A DNA stretch of 63,965 nucleotides, taken from the NCBI GenBank assembly GCA_030264375.1, contig JASCQW010000099.1:75747852-75811816 (forward strand), read 5' to 3'. Origin of the DNA: Carcharhinus longimanus (Eukaryota). The stretch's first letter is position 1, and each line of letters starts with the position of its first letter. A program made the position numbers and the translations under genes. This document shows positions 50,660-63,429 of the stretch, piece after piece. The notes below the pieces were generated by a model. The model saw only the letters and a program-made list of their open reading frames with translations. It searched no databases and was not told where the DNA came from.

Positions 50660-51529
50660 CTGAAAGCTTTGAATGGGGTTCTATGATTGGGAGCTTTTTT
50701 ACTATCAAGTATGTAAGTGTGAGAGCTGCGTTATATTGTTAGAAGTTTACTTTTTTAATCTCTGCGCAAATCCTGAGGCCCAGTCGTGATGGATACTGCC
50801 TGAGTGACTAAGGAGGTGCCATGGAAGGTATGAGGGGCCTAGGGGTTGTTTAGGGCCTTGTATTGCATTAAATTGGTATGGGATTTTGAGGGACCATGGG
50901 TGTGGATAGGGGAGAAATGAAGGGGAGTGAGGGGTGAAGGCTAATTCCTGAAGCAATTGGTCAAGTCCGAGAGAATTGAGGCACATCTTCTAACTAACCA
51001 GTCTCGGAATATCTCCACTTCCTGTGACTGCATACCCTCTGTTTGTAGGCCCTACTGTACCCAGTGCTGCTTTCCTATTACAAAAATCATGTGATTCAGT
51101 GTACTTTCCCTCCTCACAGAAATCTGGCCTCCAGTATCTGTGATAAGTAGGAAAATAATGTTAAGTAGTGCCGCAAACTTTTTTTTAAGGGAAAAAATAT
51201 ATCTAACAGCAGAAGTACAGAGCCAGTAAGTCAACAAATACAGAAATCTGACAACAGACAGCAAACTGATGTGCTCAGTAATGTAGTTGGAAGTTTGAGT
51301 GAGAGTGTGTGTATGTGTTGAATATTCAAATATATTCCTGTTGAGCAGAAAGAGGGTAGTATCTCCCTCGGAATGAAGGATGGTGTAGAATGAGTTCCTT
51401 CTCAGAGTATTCTTGTGCACTCATTAGTGATTAGTTTGGGAGTGTTAATTGCTTATCCTTAGCTGGGGAATGATGGCCCAAAGAGATCTGGAAACAGGCA
51501 AAAAAATTAATGATTCACTTACACAGTGA

Positions 51530-51855
51530 CCTCAAACATGGCAGCCATATTTGCACACTGCAAGGTTCAACAGGAGATAATAAGGACCATTTAATTTATT
51601 CTAACAATATTGACCAGTACATTAGAGAGAACCTTCTTTCTCTTTTTGAAATATTCCATGGGATCTTTCACATCTATCTGAAAGGACAGACCAGGCCTTA
51701 GTTTAAGGCCTCATCCAGAAGAAGGTGTCTCTGACAGTAGTACTCCTGGAGTATCACATTGAAGTATTATCTGAGATTATGTGCTCTGGAGTGGATTTGA
51801 ATCCACAGCTTTCTTGACTTAGAGGTGAGAATGCTACTACTGAGCCGCGCCTGAC
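51530..51855 (-). mobile_element. Deu-core SINE
   Basis: CCATGGGATCTTTCACATC..CTCATCCAGAAGA..TGACAGT..TTTGAATCCAC..GCTACTACTGAGCC. Confidence 0.75.
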
Positions 51856-52252
51856 GCTTAATAATACGTTGTTAATCTCTTCTACAAACAACCTTAGGGC
51901 TATGGTTTATTGCTGTTGTCCTCAGTCACCAACACAATTTGTATTTTAACTGGAACATTTAATAGCTTCTACGTAAAAACATTATCGGATATTATTAAGT
52001 GTCAACCACGGTTCCTAAATTAATCACAAAATACAAGCATCTCGTGTAAGAACATGCTGTTTTCCCTTTGAAATAAATTAAATTCATAGGATGGTGTTTA
52101 TAATCACGCAATTGTTTTCACAGATTTAAATGTAGCTAATATTTAAACAGTGATTGCTGGAAAAGTACATTATCTTTGCAATCTGAAGGTGTTACTGATT
52201 TTAAAACAGTTTTTTCACTGCCCTATACTTTTGACCTTGTTGCCTCTTTCAG

Positions 52253-52380
52253 GATGGAAAAGGACAGTTTACTCCGTAGTCACAGTGATGATGTCAAGGC
52301 CCTGGCCTTTCAATCCCAACAACGTGAGCAAGAACTAACAGAAAAGATACAGCAAATGGAGGCCCAGCATGATAAAACTG
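52253..52380 (+). CDS. SDCCAG8: SDCCAG8 internal coding exon (equivalent to human exon ~14)
   Basis: Acceptor gttgcctctttcag, donor G|gtaggt. 128 bp, phase 2 to 1; AG+G joins the previous exon as Arg. Translates MEKDSLLRSHSDDVKALAFQSQQREQELTEKIQQMEAQHDKT, matching recalled human QEKDSIQQSFSKEAKAQALQAQQREQELTQKIQQMEAQHDKT. Confidence 0.94.
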
Positions 52381-53684
52381 GTAGGTGGTAGGCATAGATT
52401 AGAGCCAGGACACCTCTCTTGCAGGCCAGGCCCACACCTCACTGTGAAATGACATCAGGAACACCTGTAACCTTTGGCTGGCCAAAGGGAGCAGATGCTA
52501 ACTTCACCGGAGATCCCGAATTACATATCAGTTAGCGTTTAAAAGGGAAATGAAAACCATTGCCCACTGTCTGTTGATTTCACAGTGCTGCTCTCACATC
52601 TGTTGCACCATCTGGATTATGAGTTTATTTACCTGTGTTAAGAAACTTAAAGTAGAGTGTTGCCAGCATAAAGTACAGAACAAGGGGCTTCTCTTGGCTT
52701 GATTTTAGGGCACACATGTTACATGAGGAAAATCGCATCAGAAGCTCAGCGGGAAATGCTGCAGGCGTATGTTTAAAACTCTGTTTGAATACCATCTTGC
52801 TATTGCCACATAAATTTGGAATAACTATTCTTAACAGGCTGACGACTTGGAATTGATTTCTGAATTGGAATTATTCTTTAGGTTTTTAGTCATTATCTGC
52901 TATGTCAATTCCATGAAGTGAAATAAATACAAGTTTTAAAAATGTACAGCAACCTGCCAGATTGCATCCCTAAAGCTTTATTCTTCCCATCTCTAAATGT
53001 TATTTTAGTCATCATTTGCACATTGCGCATGAAGCTGTTTTCATTATTTTTCTCTGAAGGGTAACTGTAGTATTGACAAGCTGGTGCACTGAGTGAACAG
53101 GCAATGCTTCCTTTGGATTTCATAATGCCACTTTATAATTATGCTGAACTACCAGAGGGAAACTTAATAAAGGCAGCTTTTTGTTAATCAAGGCAATATC
53201 AGTACAAATATTTTAAGAATGTACATCTTGTAGATATGGATGTGAAGAGCAAAACTGATCAGTGCTGAGTTGAGTCAGAGTACATACATTTACTGATTCT
53301 TTTTTTAAAACAGTGATCCCAAACGCAGGTCTAAAAGATGGTCTCCAATCATGCTGATTTTATTTTTCTTGTACTGATAAGAAATTCTGATTTCAAAGGA
53401 CATTTAGTGATGCAGAACGAAAAAGACAGACTTTAATTCCTAGTAAAATGCAAGTGTCTGCACCTAAATAAAATTATCCATTTTGTACATAGCAATAGCA
53501 ATAATAATTAAAACTCCTCATTTTCATGATGGGACTTGTGTTGCTGAGGTGGGAGTTGAGAGGCTTGGTTGGGGCTTTTATAAAGATGGTGTGATGATTT
53601 TTTTTTTACACAGATGAAATCTACCTTTAACACATTTTCTGGAGCACCCCAATGGCTCAGTTACTGAATGCAAGGCTAATTAGA

Positions 53685-54050
53685 AACATATAAAATGCTG
53701 ATGGGACTGGACAGGCTAGATACAGGAAGACTGTTCCCAATGTTGGAAAAGTGCAAAACTAGGGGTCATGGTCTAAGAATAAGGGGTAAGTCATTCAGCA
53801 CCGAGATGAGGAAGAACTTCTTCACTCGAGAGATGTAAACCTGTGGAATTCTCTACACAGAAAGCTACTGGGGCCAGCCTGTTAGATGCGTTCAAGGGGA
53901 AGCCGGACGTGTCTCTCACGACTAAAGTGATCAAGGGGTGTGGAGAGAAAGTGGGAGTAGAATACTGAAAGTGCATGATCAGCCATGATCATATTGAATG
54001 ATGGTGTAGGCTCAAAGGGCTGAATGGTCTATTCCTGCACCTATTTTCTA
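53685..54050 (+). mobile_element. CR1 LINE 3' end
   Basis: GAGATGAGGAAGAACTTCTTCACTC..TGTGGAATTCTCTAC..GGGCTGAATGGTCTATTCCTGCACC. Confidence 0.85.
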
Positions 54051-54059
54051 TATATGGAA

Positions 54060-54430
54060 ATGTTGACAGATCCACTCTCTGTTGCTAGGACATGTGGAGT
54101 GGAGGCAAGAGGGAAGTGTGGCTAGGTGGGGTGAGTCTGGTGGCTTCTGGTGCCAAAACTATGGTTCAGCATCACTGGGCTGTGTTTTTAAAAAATGATC
54201 AGCCTAGGTTCGCACTCTTGATGGTTAACCTTTGACTTCTACTCGAATGTCCCTGTGGGTGGACATCAGCTGAGGACAGCATTCTAAAACATTTAACTGT
54301 GATGCTAACCACAGGTGGGTAGCTGCCAACATTAAATCTTTACGTTTATTTATGATGATTGGCTATTTTGGTCAGGCATTGATGATTGTTCATATTATCA
54401 TACACCTGTCAATACCTTCAGGAGAGGAGG
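54060..54430 (+). mobile_element. Ancient SINE-like interspersed repeat, unclassified
   Basis: GTGGACATCAGCTGAGGACAG..CTGTGATGC..ACCTTCAGGAGAGGAGG. A possible tRNA-like head at ~53645 is separated by the CR1, and a weak reverse copy may lie near 31845-32000. Confidence 0.35.
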
Positions 54431-55189
54431 CAAGAAATATAAATCAATTTTAAACTGATGTGAAACATATCCTGATATTACTGGTGTTCAAGTGTCAGAA
54501 CCCTAGGCATGAATTTATTTTCAGATTTGTAGCTATGACATGCAGCCAGCAAAAATGAACAATGGTATTTAATTTTAAAGAATATTCAGGAATATGTTCC
54601 AAGATATCAACATCTGAGGGTCTATCTGTTATTTCTTTGTTACATGTTGCAAACTATGCACCACAGTAGCCTCTTGATCTATAATGAATGCAGTGCTTTC
54701 TTCGATTTTTCTATTGGGCTATCGAATTGTAAGGTGTATACATATTGCCTTTTAGAACCAGTGTGGGATTTGCCTAATATATTACTTAGCAGCTTACTAC
54801 CAACNNNNNNNNNNNNNNNNNNNNNNNNNNNNNNNNNNNNNNNNNNNNNNNNNNNNNNNNNNNNNNNNNNNNNNNNNNNNNNNNNNNNNNNNNNNNNNNN
54901 NNNNCAATACTAAAGAAATCACAATGATGTCTTCCCAGTGAAATCTACAATTTTCATTGAATGCAATTTCACTTCTAATATCAAATGCCCTTTTATTGAC
55001 AATCAAAATGATACTTATTAAAGCGTAGATTGTAATAAGTCATTGTGAGGTTTCTCTGTTCTAGCGTTTAATGGCACCTAAACTGTTAGCACCCTCTGTC
55101 AAGAAATGGTGCAGATAGTTGCATCCTGAGGCTAATTATTGTGGTATGTGTCTAGATTGGTAGCTGTTTGGGGAGCAAATTCCTTAATA

Positions 55190-55446
55190 TACTCGTTCCT
55201 GGGATATGAGCATTACTGGCAGTTGTTGCCCAACTCTGATTGCCCTTGAGAAGGTAGGAGTGAGCGCATTTTTGAACCATGCAGTCCATCTGGTGCTGTT
55301 TGATAGGGAGTTCCAGATTTCTGATCCAACAACAGTAAAAGAACAACAATATCATTCCAAGTCAGGATGGTGCGTGGCTTGGAGGGGAGCTTGCAGGTGG
55401 TGCTGTTTCCATGCATCTGCCCTTGTCTTTCTAGGTGGTAGAGGTT
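55190..55446 (-). mobile_element. LINE 3' end (same family as 33735-33912)
   Basis: TTGCCCTTGAGAAGGTAGGAGTGAGC..TTGAACC..AGGGAGTTCCAG. Confidence 0.7.
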
Positions 55447-58400
55447 AGATTAGATTAGTTGCAGAAGTTAGAAAAACAGTAAAATGGCTGATTTTCATTG
55501 GCACATTAGAGGTATACTAGACACAAACCTTTGCTATATATAAATGATCATGCCAAGTGATTTGTTGCCACTTAGGTCTGCTCAGAAAGCAGCTTTTTGC
55601 AACATTGCAGTTTTGGGGGGAAGAAAATTGCACTAAGTGTAAATTTCTTTGAGATTTGTTACATGATATTGTGCTGTGCCAATCACATTCCTAATTGTAT
55701 TGGGGATAAACTTAACCTTCCCATTCCTTTGACCTTCAGCTCCACTTCATATTACAATGCATACAATAAGTGATTTATCCCTTCACACCATTTCACTGTT
55801 GCCAAGGATACAGAACATTTTGAGCAATTCTAGCCTGTATACATAAAGATTCTTTCCTCAGCATGATCTTTTATAATGTCACCTCACTATCATCAGCATT
55901 GCTTCCTGATCATTGAGAGCGATCTTGCAATTTTAAAAGAGCTTTGACAATTCCAAATTTGGCAGTTAATTGTAGTACTATTCATAAAGTTAAGAGATGT
56001 ACTTTGAAAACATTTCTATACAATATAGAAAGCTAATATTTCTCAGAAGTAATTTCGATGCCATAACGAGAATCGATAATATGTAGATTGGCTAAGTGAC
56101 TAGCTGATCTCTATTCCATTGTTCATAGGCAGTGGACACTGTATGACAACCCTGACAGCGTCACAGGTTAATGGCAGTAAAGGATATGCATATACATGTT
56201 GTAGGATGTAAGGGTAGGGAGACCTAACTGGGAAAACAGCAGTAGTGAGAAACCCAGTTAAGCAGTGCATCTTCAGTATTAATCCTGTGAAAAGCGAGTA
56301 TCCTACTACTTTCAACAGTGTAGAAGTACTTTTCAGGGTTGGCTTTTCAATAGGTTGCTGATCTGGAGAACTGTAGGGCCATTTGGTTTATTTCCACTTC
56401 ACCTTCCTAATTCCTTAATTTCTGTTCAACGTCCACTTCTTCCTCTTGCAATGCGTTCTAACATATTATTCTACATGAGGCCTGCTATATAAGTGTAAGA
56501 CGTTATTGCTACAGCTGACCAAACTACTTCAGACAACGCTAGATTGCTTTTTGCACAGCTTTTTATTTGATTGTTTTTAAATGCTATAAATTTTCACGCC
56601 TGCACAATAATCTGTGAACAAGCTGCAAGGCAGCAGGACAGCTACTTTAAATAGAAACAGCAATATACCTACATTTTGAAGTTAAAAAAGAATGGTCAAG
56701 AGAAAAGGAAATTTAAATCAACAAGCTATTCAAATATATACTTGTTGGGGCAGTGCATGTCTATTAATTTAAATGTTGACCTTCAAAGACACTTTCAAAA
56801 TGATGGACAGTATCTCTGGAGTCAGCTGAAAGTGCTTCATGGCAGGTATTCAAGTGCTTTCTGTGTTTACAGTAACCCACACTGAAGTAAAATTGATTTA
56901 GTTATTGCTTAGCAATTAATTAAAAGTAAAGCAATAAATACAAAATTGATCCCAATACTGAGTTGACTTGCAGAACAAGTAACTTCCAAATAAATTCTGT
57001 ATTAAATGGCGTGCCTTTCAGTGCACTTAATGTAGTTCTGGAAATGTAGCTTACTGTGCCCCGTTTTATGTTCAAATTGGTTATATATAAGCATTAACTA
57101 CCTACATTTTGCAAATAATTTGGCATAAAGAATTGGATGAAATGTAGAGACAAAATAAAGGTGTTCCATTGTATGGTAAAATGATTTTAGTGAATTGTTA
57201 TTTGCAAGTGTGAATACTATTTATAGATATTTACACTGTCCTCATTTTGAAACAAAAGTTATCTTTTCAGTAAGGACAGGCCATGATGCAGCCTGCAACC
57301 CCATGTGCTAGCCAGTTGTTGAGCTGTACATTGTATTCCATTTAATTCTGATTATTGTGAGGTTATGTTTGATATTTTTAACCAATCCCTGAATTTCTGA
57401 TTATTTTATAATTTTCTTAACGTTTCTATTTTTCAAACTATCATGCAAATGTGAAAATTAATTTCAAAATATATTTTGTACAAAATTATACCTGCATGAA
57501 ATTTGGTTTAGCAATTGCAGTGTTAGCACCATGTATTCAATCTGAATGATAACTAACATTTACATGGCCCTCATTTTGTAGAGGTGTGCCTCTAAGCTCT
57601 TTACAAGGTGTGTGGGGTTGGCAGGTGGGGAGGAGGAGACCATACAACAGGAAGGAATTTTGGGGAAGATAAAACGCACAATTGGGAAAATTCTTAAGAG
57701 GATTTGAAATGGGACAAACAGTATTTTCAGTGAAAGGGAGATAATGTAAGTATAGGCATTTACAGCAATCATGTTCATTAGCCTAACTACATGGAGAACA
57801 TTCTAACAGAAATACCATTTCTTTAGGCTGTGCAGATGATGGGAAAGCATTTATTGTATGACTGTATGGGTTAGCAATTTTAAATGAGCTTAATGTATAA
57901 CCATTTAATAAGGATACGCAATAAATGCTCTCTAGGGCATCGACATTATGCTTTGGAATAAATAACCTTACCATTATGTAGAAATGAATTCCCATTTTAT
58001 CTTTTATGTCGTTTTTATTCCAAAGCAGTAAATACTAAATTTTAGGTCTAATGTGTCCCTAATTACAGTGCACTATTTAGCTGTCTCCCGAGCACCAGGC
58101 TCGAATAAAAGGCAACTGTATTTCAGTGCTGTGTGTTGTATTTTTCATTAATGGGTAGAGCTGAAGGGTCAAAGAGATTTGAGGCTGGCTCACCCCACAT
58201 TCTGCTTGGCTTTTTTTTTAAACAATTGCTAACAGTCGCTGACAGAAACTAGCAGACTGTGAGAGGACACAGTGATGCGATTGATGTGCACACTGGAACC
58301 AGAAGGTTGCCACTTTAAATAAGTAGCGTATTAGTGATGTATTAGTGCTCCTGATTGAGATTGCGGAGTTATGTTCCATCTCTATCTACAGTTTAAACAG

Positions 58401-58914
58401 GGACATGCAGCTTTTCAGAGATCAGCAATCCAATTATCCATTTTTCAGAGAGATGCATTTTGCGTACATATGTTTTTAGTCTGGTTTTATTGAGCACATT
58501 TCCTTTGCCCTTTGTGGTGGTATCAGAATTATGTAGCTCTGATAGTTACAAAGTGAATACACCTGAAACTCAGTGTGTCATACTTTGCAGTAAATTTGCA
58601 ATTAATTTAATTTAATTCAAACATCCTCAACCTATCAAACTGCTGAATTTATCCAGCAAAATAATTTCCACATGGCTTTCATTTGATGATGTTACATTAT
58701 AGTGAACATGGATCATTTTTTAATACGCTATTTTCCATCTGTAGCAATAAACTGCTTTTATAAATTGTACTATTTTATGTATGGTAAAGCAACAGTAAAG
58801 ATAGAATTGGTATACATTTGAGTTATATATTTCCCTGTGCTGAATTTATTATTGGTCACATATACTCATGTATAAAGAATCAATAGCCAAGACATAGATT
58901 GATGTGTGAGGAGT

Positions 58915-59305
58915 GTTTGAGGACTCTGGGTCTGTACTTGCTGGAGTTTAGAAGGATGAGGAGGGATGCCTTTGAAACTTACGGAATACTGGAAGGCCTG
59001 GATAGAACGGACATGTGAAAGATGTTCCCAATAGTGGGTGAGACTCAGATCCAAGGGTACAGCCTCAGAATAAAGGGATGATCCTTTAGAACCAAGATGA
59101 GAAAGAATTTCAACAGGAAGATGGTTAATCTATGGAGTTCATAGCCACAGAAGACAGTGGAGGCCAGGTCATTGAGTATATTTAAGGGGATCAAAGTTTA
59201 TGGGGAAAAGGCAGGAGAATTTTGGGAAACTTATCAGCCATGGTTGAATGGTGGAGCAGACCCGATGGGCTGAATGGCCGAATTCTGCTCGTATATCTTA
59301 CAGTC
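58915..59305 (+). mobile_element. CR1 LINE 3' end
   Basis: LGLYLLEFRRMRRD motif; tail GATGGGCTGAATGGCC. Confidence 0.85.
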
Positions 59306-60540
59306 TAAAGTCAACTTATGTAATGGAATTTGTGCTTGATTTTCTGTTATGTACATTGAAGTTAACCAGGTTTTGTTCTCATGGGGATCTTTCTGCCTTT
59401 ATGAAAAGGCAGATTGACTTGAACTGAGTGTGTGGGGAGGGAGTGATGTAATGGTATTGTCACTGGAGTAATAATACAGAGACGCAGTGCAAGTGGTGCC
59501 ATGGTTTTAATTTGAGGTTTGACATTTGACTTTTTTAATAAACTTTGGTAAAAGCCTTTAATGGCCCCTAAAGATCGCACATAAATTGAATTTACTTAAG
59601 GCAACCTGGCTGGCATTGGCTGCATTTAGTGCTCAACCATCTCATATAAGGTGGCTATCAGACGTCATTGTAAAGTGCTATTTTCTGGTTGGCACCTGTT
59701 GTCAAACTGCTGTGGCCAATTATGATCATGGTAGCATATGCCAGTCTATAGGAAATGTTGACATTTTCCTCTGTTGTTGGTTAGTGTCTTCCAGATGTGA
59801 AAATCAAAGGTTAGGGCCTTCATATCATACTTCTAAGAATCCCTGAAGTGAGACTTAGGATGGCCTTCTGATGCACAGAGATGGGAGAATTCTCAGCCTG
59901 AAAGTCAGATTTTTAGTAGGGGACACGCTGAACTAAAAGTTGGGAAAGGTGACCTGGGAAGAACTAGGGAGGATTTTGGGCATAGAGGTGGATTAGGCAG
60001 AAGGCCTGCCCTATGAATCTGACACTGTGTCCAAAATTTAAAACTAAGCAATATAACATGAAGCATCTGTTTAGCCCTTACCTATCACCCCATGACAACT
60101 CACCTAGTATCCAACTAGACAAACTTTAAGGACCCATGCAGAGTTGAGATAAAATAAAGTTCTATAAAATAAGCTTTAAGTGTCCACTGAGAGTTCACTA
60201 TATTGAAAACAAATGTTTTTTTTAAATCAAAACCCATTTACTAGATTTATGTCCCTTCAACCAAATAAAGCCTTATAACAAACATTTCATGCAAATGCAC
60301 AATCCCTTGCAACAACATGTATTGGAATTCATAGTCCCAGATTAAAAAGTCTATCTCCATTTACAGCTGTCAATCAAAATTGCAGGAGCCCTACTGTGAT
60401 GACAGATGGTTATGAAATCAGTCATGCAGCATTAATAGAAACCTTCAAGCTTATGTCAACAAAACGAAACAGCAAACAATTGTTTTGTTTTAACACCCCA
60501 GCCATTTTCCTTCAAAGATTTAAATGGCAGGGCTTTTAAG

Positions 60541-60780
60541 TGCCTTGACAGCTTGACAGGTCCCTTTGGCCTGTGCTTCTGATGGTTTTGATAGGTCTCT
60601 TTTATATCAGGTGTTTCTGACAGCTAAGGTAGGTCCCTTTGACAGGTGCTTCTGACAGTTTAGATAGGTCATTTTGCCAGATGCTTTGAGACATACTTCT
60701 GACAGTTCTGACAGATGCCTTTGACAGGAGCTTCTGATAGTTTTGACATTTGGTTTTGACTGTTCCAATGAGCCTGACAG
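60541..60780 (+). repeat. Degenerate minisatellite built on TGACAG
   Basis: Nine exact TGACAG hexamers (60546, 60554, 60618, 60640, 60653, 60700, 60709, 60722, 60775) plus TGATAG/TGCCAG/TGACAT variants. Confidence 0.75.
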
Positions 60781-61645
60781 TAATGTGTTTATGGACTTTT
60801 TACACACATTTATGCCTACTTTTAACAGTTCCAAAGAACCCTTAGCTCTGCCAAAGGTGTCTGAGGGCCATATCCTAAGGGGTATCTTATCTCTCCAAAT
60901 GTTTACCTACCCATCCAAACAAATAGTTTGGATAAACAAATCCCAACATAGTTCAGACTGTTCTTACCAGATCACATCTGGATACTTACATCCTTGACCT
61001 AAAAAAATCCAAGTTCAGAGGGACAATTGGTGATCTAAAGAGCCAGTTTCTAAATGAAACGCTGTCATCTCCTCAAAGTCGTAGCACCACGTTCAGGGTG
61101 GGATTTAGGATTTTTGGGTATTTATGCTACTTTCACCATGTTGGAGAACTTCATCATTGTGGCAAAAATATGGGCCCAAACGTTTACAGCTTAAATTAGT
61201 AACAGAAACATATAAACCAGATCCTTAAAGAAATTACTAATCCTTCCTATTTACCTATTTATTTTATGGTAGGACCCACTCTATTGACTTTGCTCAGCAT
61301 AGGCCTGTCACTTTTCCTCAGCCTGCACTATTAGGTTTCCATTGATTGAAGAATTTACCTGGGCTTTCCTGCTCTTATCTCCTGGGATCTGAGTGTTCCC
61401 CAGCTCAGTTTGCAAATAGGGAACTGCCTTTCTTGCAAAACCTCACACTCTGTAGCTGCAATAAATAGATAAAGTCAGGTGCTTCCACTTCCTGACTCTT
61501 TATTTGTCTATTTCACACACAAAGGCTGCGGTATTACTTATTTGCAATTCTTACTTTGCCAATTTAAATCCAGGGGCCACAAGCTCTAAGTAGGCTCAGC
61601 CAGGAGATTATAAGCAGCACGGAATCTCCCCACCTCAAATCATAG

Positions 61646-62030
61646 GGGGTGATTTTCAATGTACATTCACTGTCAGAGAGAACGGACTGATGGTCCAGAG
61701 GGAATCAGGGAACATGACTCTCTCTGGAGAGATTGCGTTCTGCAATTTTCCCCAATGCTCGCCAGTGACATAGTGAGGTTTACGCCCACAAATAAGGAGA
61801 ACCTAATTTTAATGCATTTACTAAATTGTATTTTGAGTATAATTAACAGACCACCCTGACATACTCCCCCCCTGCCCCCCGCTGTATTTTCAATCCTTAC
61901 CAATGTGACATCACATTGGCATGGTTTACAGCAGATTTACCCAGATGTGAACCTGTCATGGGGATCTGTCCAGGGACACGAAGGTAAGTATAGCCCCTGA
62001 TGCAGAGGGGCATGCCTGGGTACTTATGGG
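61646..62030. mobile_element. Harbinger-type element, left part
   Basis: Starts GGGGTGATTTTC with an internal GCAATTTTCCCC; truncated by a CR1. Confidence 0.4.
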
Positions 62031-62034
62031 GGTT

Positions 62035-62492
62035 GAGGCATTGGCTTATGAGGACAGATTGAGTACACTGGGGCTATACTCATTGGAATTCAGAAGAATG
62101 AGGGGAGTACTTATAGAAACATATAAGATTATGAAGGGAATAGATAAGATAGAAACAGGGACATTGTTTCCACTGGGGAGTGGGGCATAGCCTCAAAATA
62201 AGGGGAAACAGATTTAGGACTGAGTTGAGGAGGAACTTCTTCACACAAAGGGTTGTGAATCTGTGGAATTCCCTGCCCAGTGAAGCAGTTGAGGCTACCT
62301 CGTTAAATGTTTTTAAGGCAAGGATAGATACATTTTTGAACAGTAAAGGAATTAAGGCTTATGGTGAGCGGGCGGGTAAGTGGAGCTGAGTCCACGAAAA
62401 GATCAGCCATGATCTTATTGAATGGCGGAACAGGCTCGAGGGACCAGATGGCCCACTCCTGCTCCTAGTTCTTATGTTCTTATATTCTTATG
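62035..62492 (+). mobile_element. Relatively young CR1 LINE 3' end
   Basis: GHSLKIRGNRFRTELRRNFFTQRVVNLWNSLP; (TTCTTATG)n tail. Confidence 0.92.
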
Positions 62493-62816
62493 TTTGACAA
62501 ACGTCTCAGATGGATTCTAATACCAGGATATTTCAGTGTCACTTGGAAAATGTTAGAATTTGACACATCTACATGAAATTTGAAGGGCTAAATTTGCCTA
62601 CTTCTGCTCCAAATTCCTATGAACAAATCTTTTCAGTTAAAAGGGTTGCTTTGTTAATGATGCGTTCTTCTTGAACACGCGTCGATTTAATGTAATAACA
62701 TATAAATTTCATCACTGCAATATTCATATTTCCTGTTTAGTACCTTGAAAATGTGAGTCATTAAATTATAGCCAAAATGTTATTATAAGTGCATACAACA
62801 CTGCACAATAAGGTAG

Positions 62817-62965
62817 AACAACAACTTGCATTCACGTAGCACCATTAATAAAACATCCCAAGGTAATTCACAGGAGCAATTGTAAAGCAAATCTTGACAC
62901 CCGAGACGCATAAGGAATTATTGGCCCAAGAAGTAAGCTTTAAAGAGTGTCTTAAAGGAGCAAGG
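62817..62965 (-). mobile_element. L2 LINE 3' end
   Basis: AACAACAACTTGCATT..AAAACATCCCAAGG..TTCACAGGAGC. Confidence 0.7.
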
Positions 62966-62972
62966 GGATAAA

Positions 62973-63261
62973 TAAGAACATAAGAATGAGGAACAGGAGT
63001 AGCCATCTGACCCCTTGAGCCTGCTCCACTACTCAATAAGATCATGGCTGATCTTTTCTTGCACTCAGCTCCACTTACCCGTCCACTCACCATTACCCTT
63101 AATTCCTTTACTGTTCAAAAATTTATCTATTCTTGCCTTAAAAACATTTAACGAGGGAGCCTCAAATGCTCCACTGGGCAGGAAATTCCACAGATTCACA
63201 GCCCTTTGTGTGAAGAAGTTCGTCCCCAACTCAGTCCTGAATCTGCTTCCCCTTGCTTTGA
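62973..63261 (-). mobile_element. CR1 LINE 3' end running into a gap
   Basis: TAAGAACATAAGAA..GCCTGCTCCAC..AATTCCACAGATTCAC; reverse complement of 62200-62490. Confidence 0.88.
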
Positions 63262-63429
63262 NNNNNNNNNNNNNNNNNNNNNNNNNNNNNNNNNNNNNNN
63301 NNNNNNNNNNNNNNNNNNNNNNNNNNNNNNNNNNNNNNNNNNNNNNNNNNNNNNNNNNNNNAGATGTGATGATTACTGTTGTGGGGGTGGGGAGAGGAGT
63401 CTGCCGACTTCGGTGGAGGGGAAGGTGGG

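Larger units (their letters stand above)
30994..52252 (+). other. SDCCAG8: SDCCAG8 GT-AG intron (~21.3 kb, includes two gaps)
   Basis: GT at 30994, AG at 52251-52252. The flanking exons join in frame and are contiguous in the recalled protein. Confidence 0.88.
1518..63361. other. Assembly gaps: 1518-1527, 12406-12505, 26790-26836, 31245-31344, 40737-40836, 54805-54904, 63262-63361
   Basis: Runs of N, mostly fixed 100-N placeholders, so true gap sizes are unknown. Confidence 0.95.

Noticed and set aside
57271-57330. Strong-looking acceptor (atcttttcag) as the next SDCCAG8 exon
   Set aside because: The phase-1 reading hits a stop within about 13 codons and shows no similarity.
60541-60780. 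CRISPR-like repeat array
   Set aside because: Repeats are 6-13 bp, degenerate and lack unique spacers; the context is eukaryotic with no cas genes.
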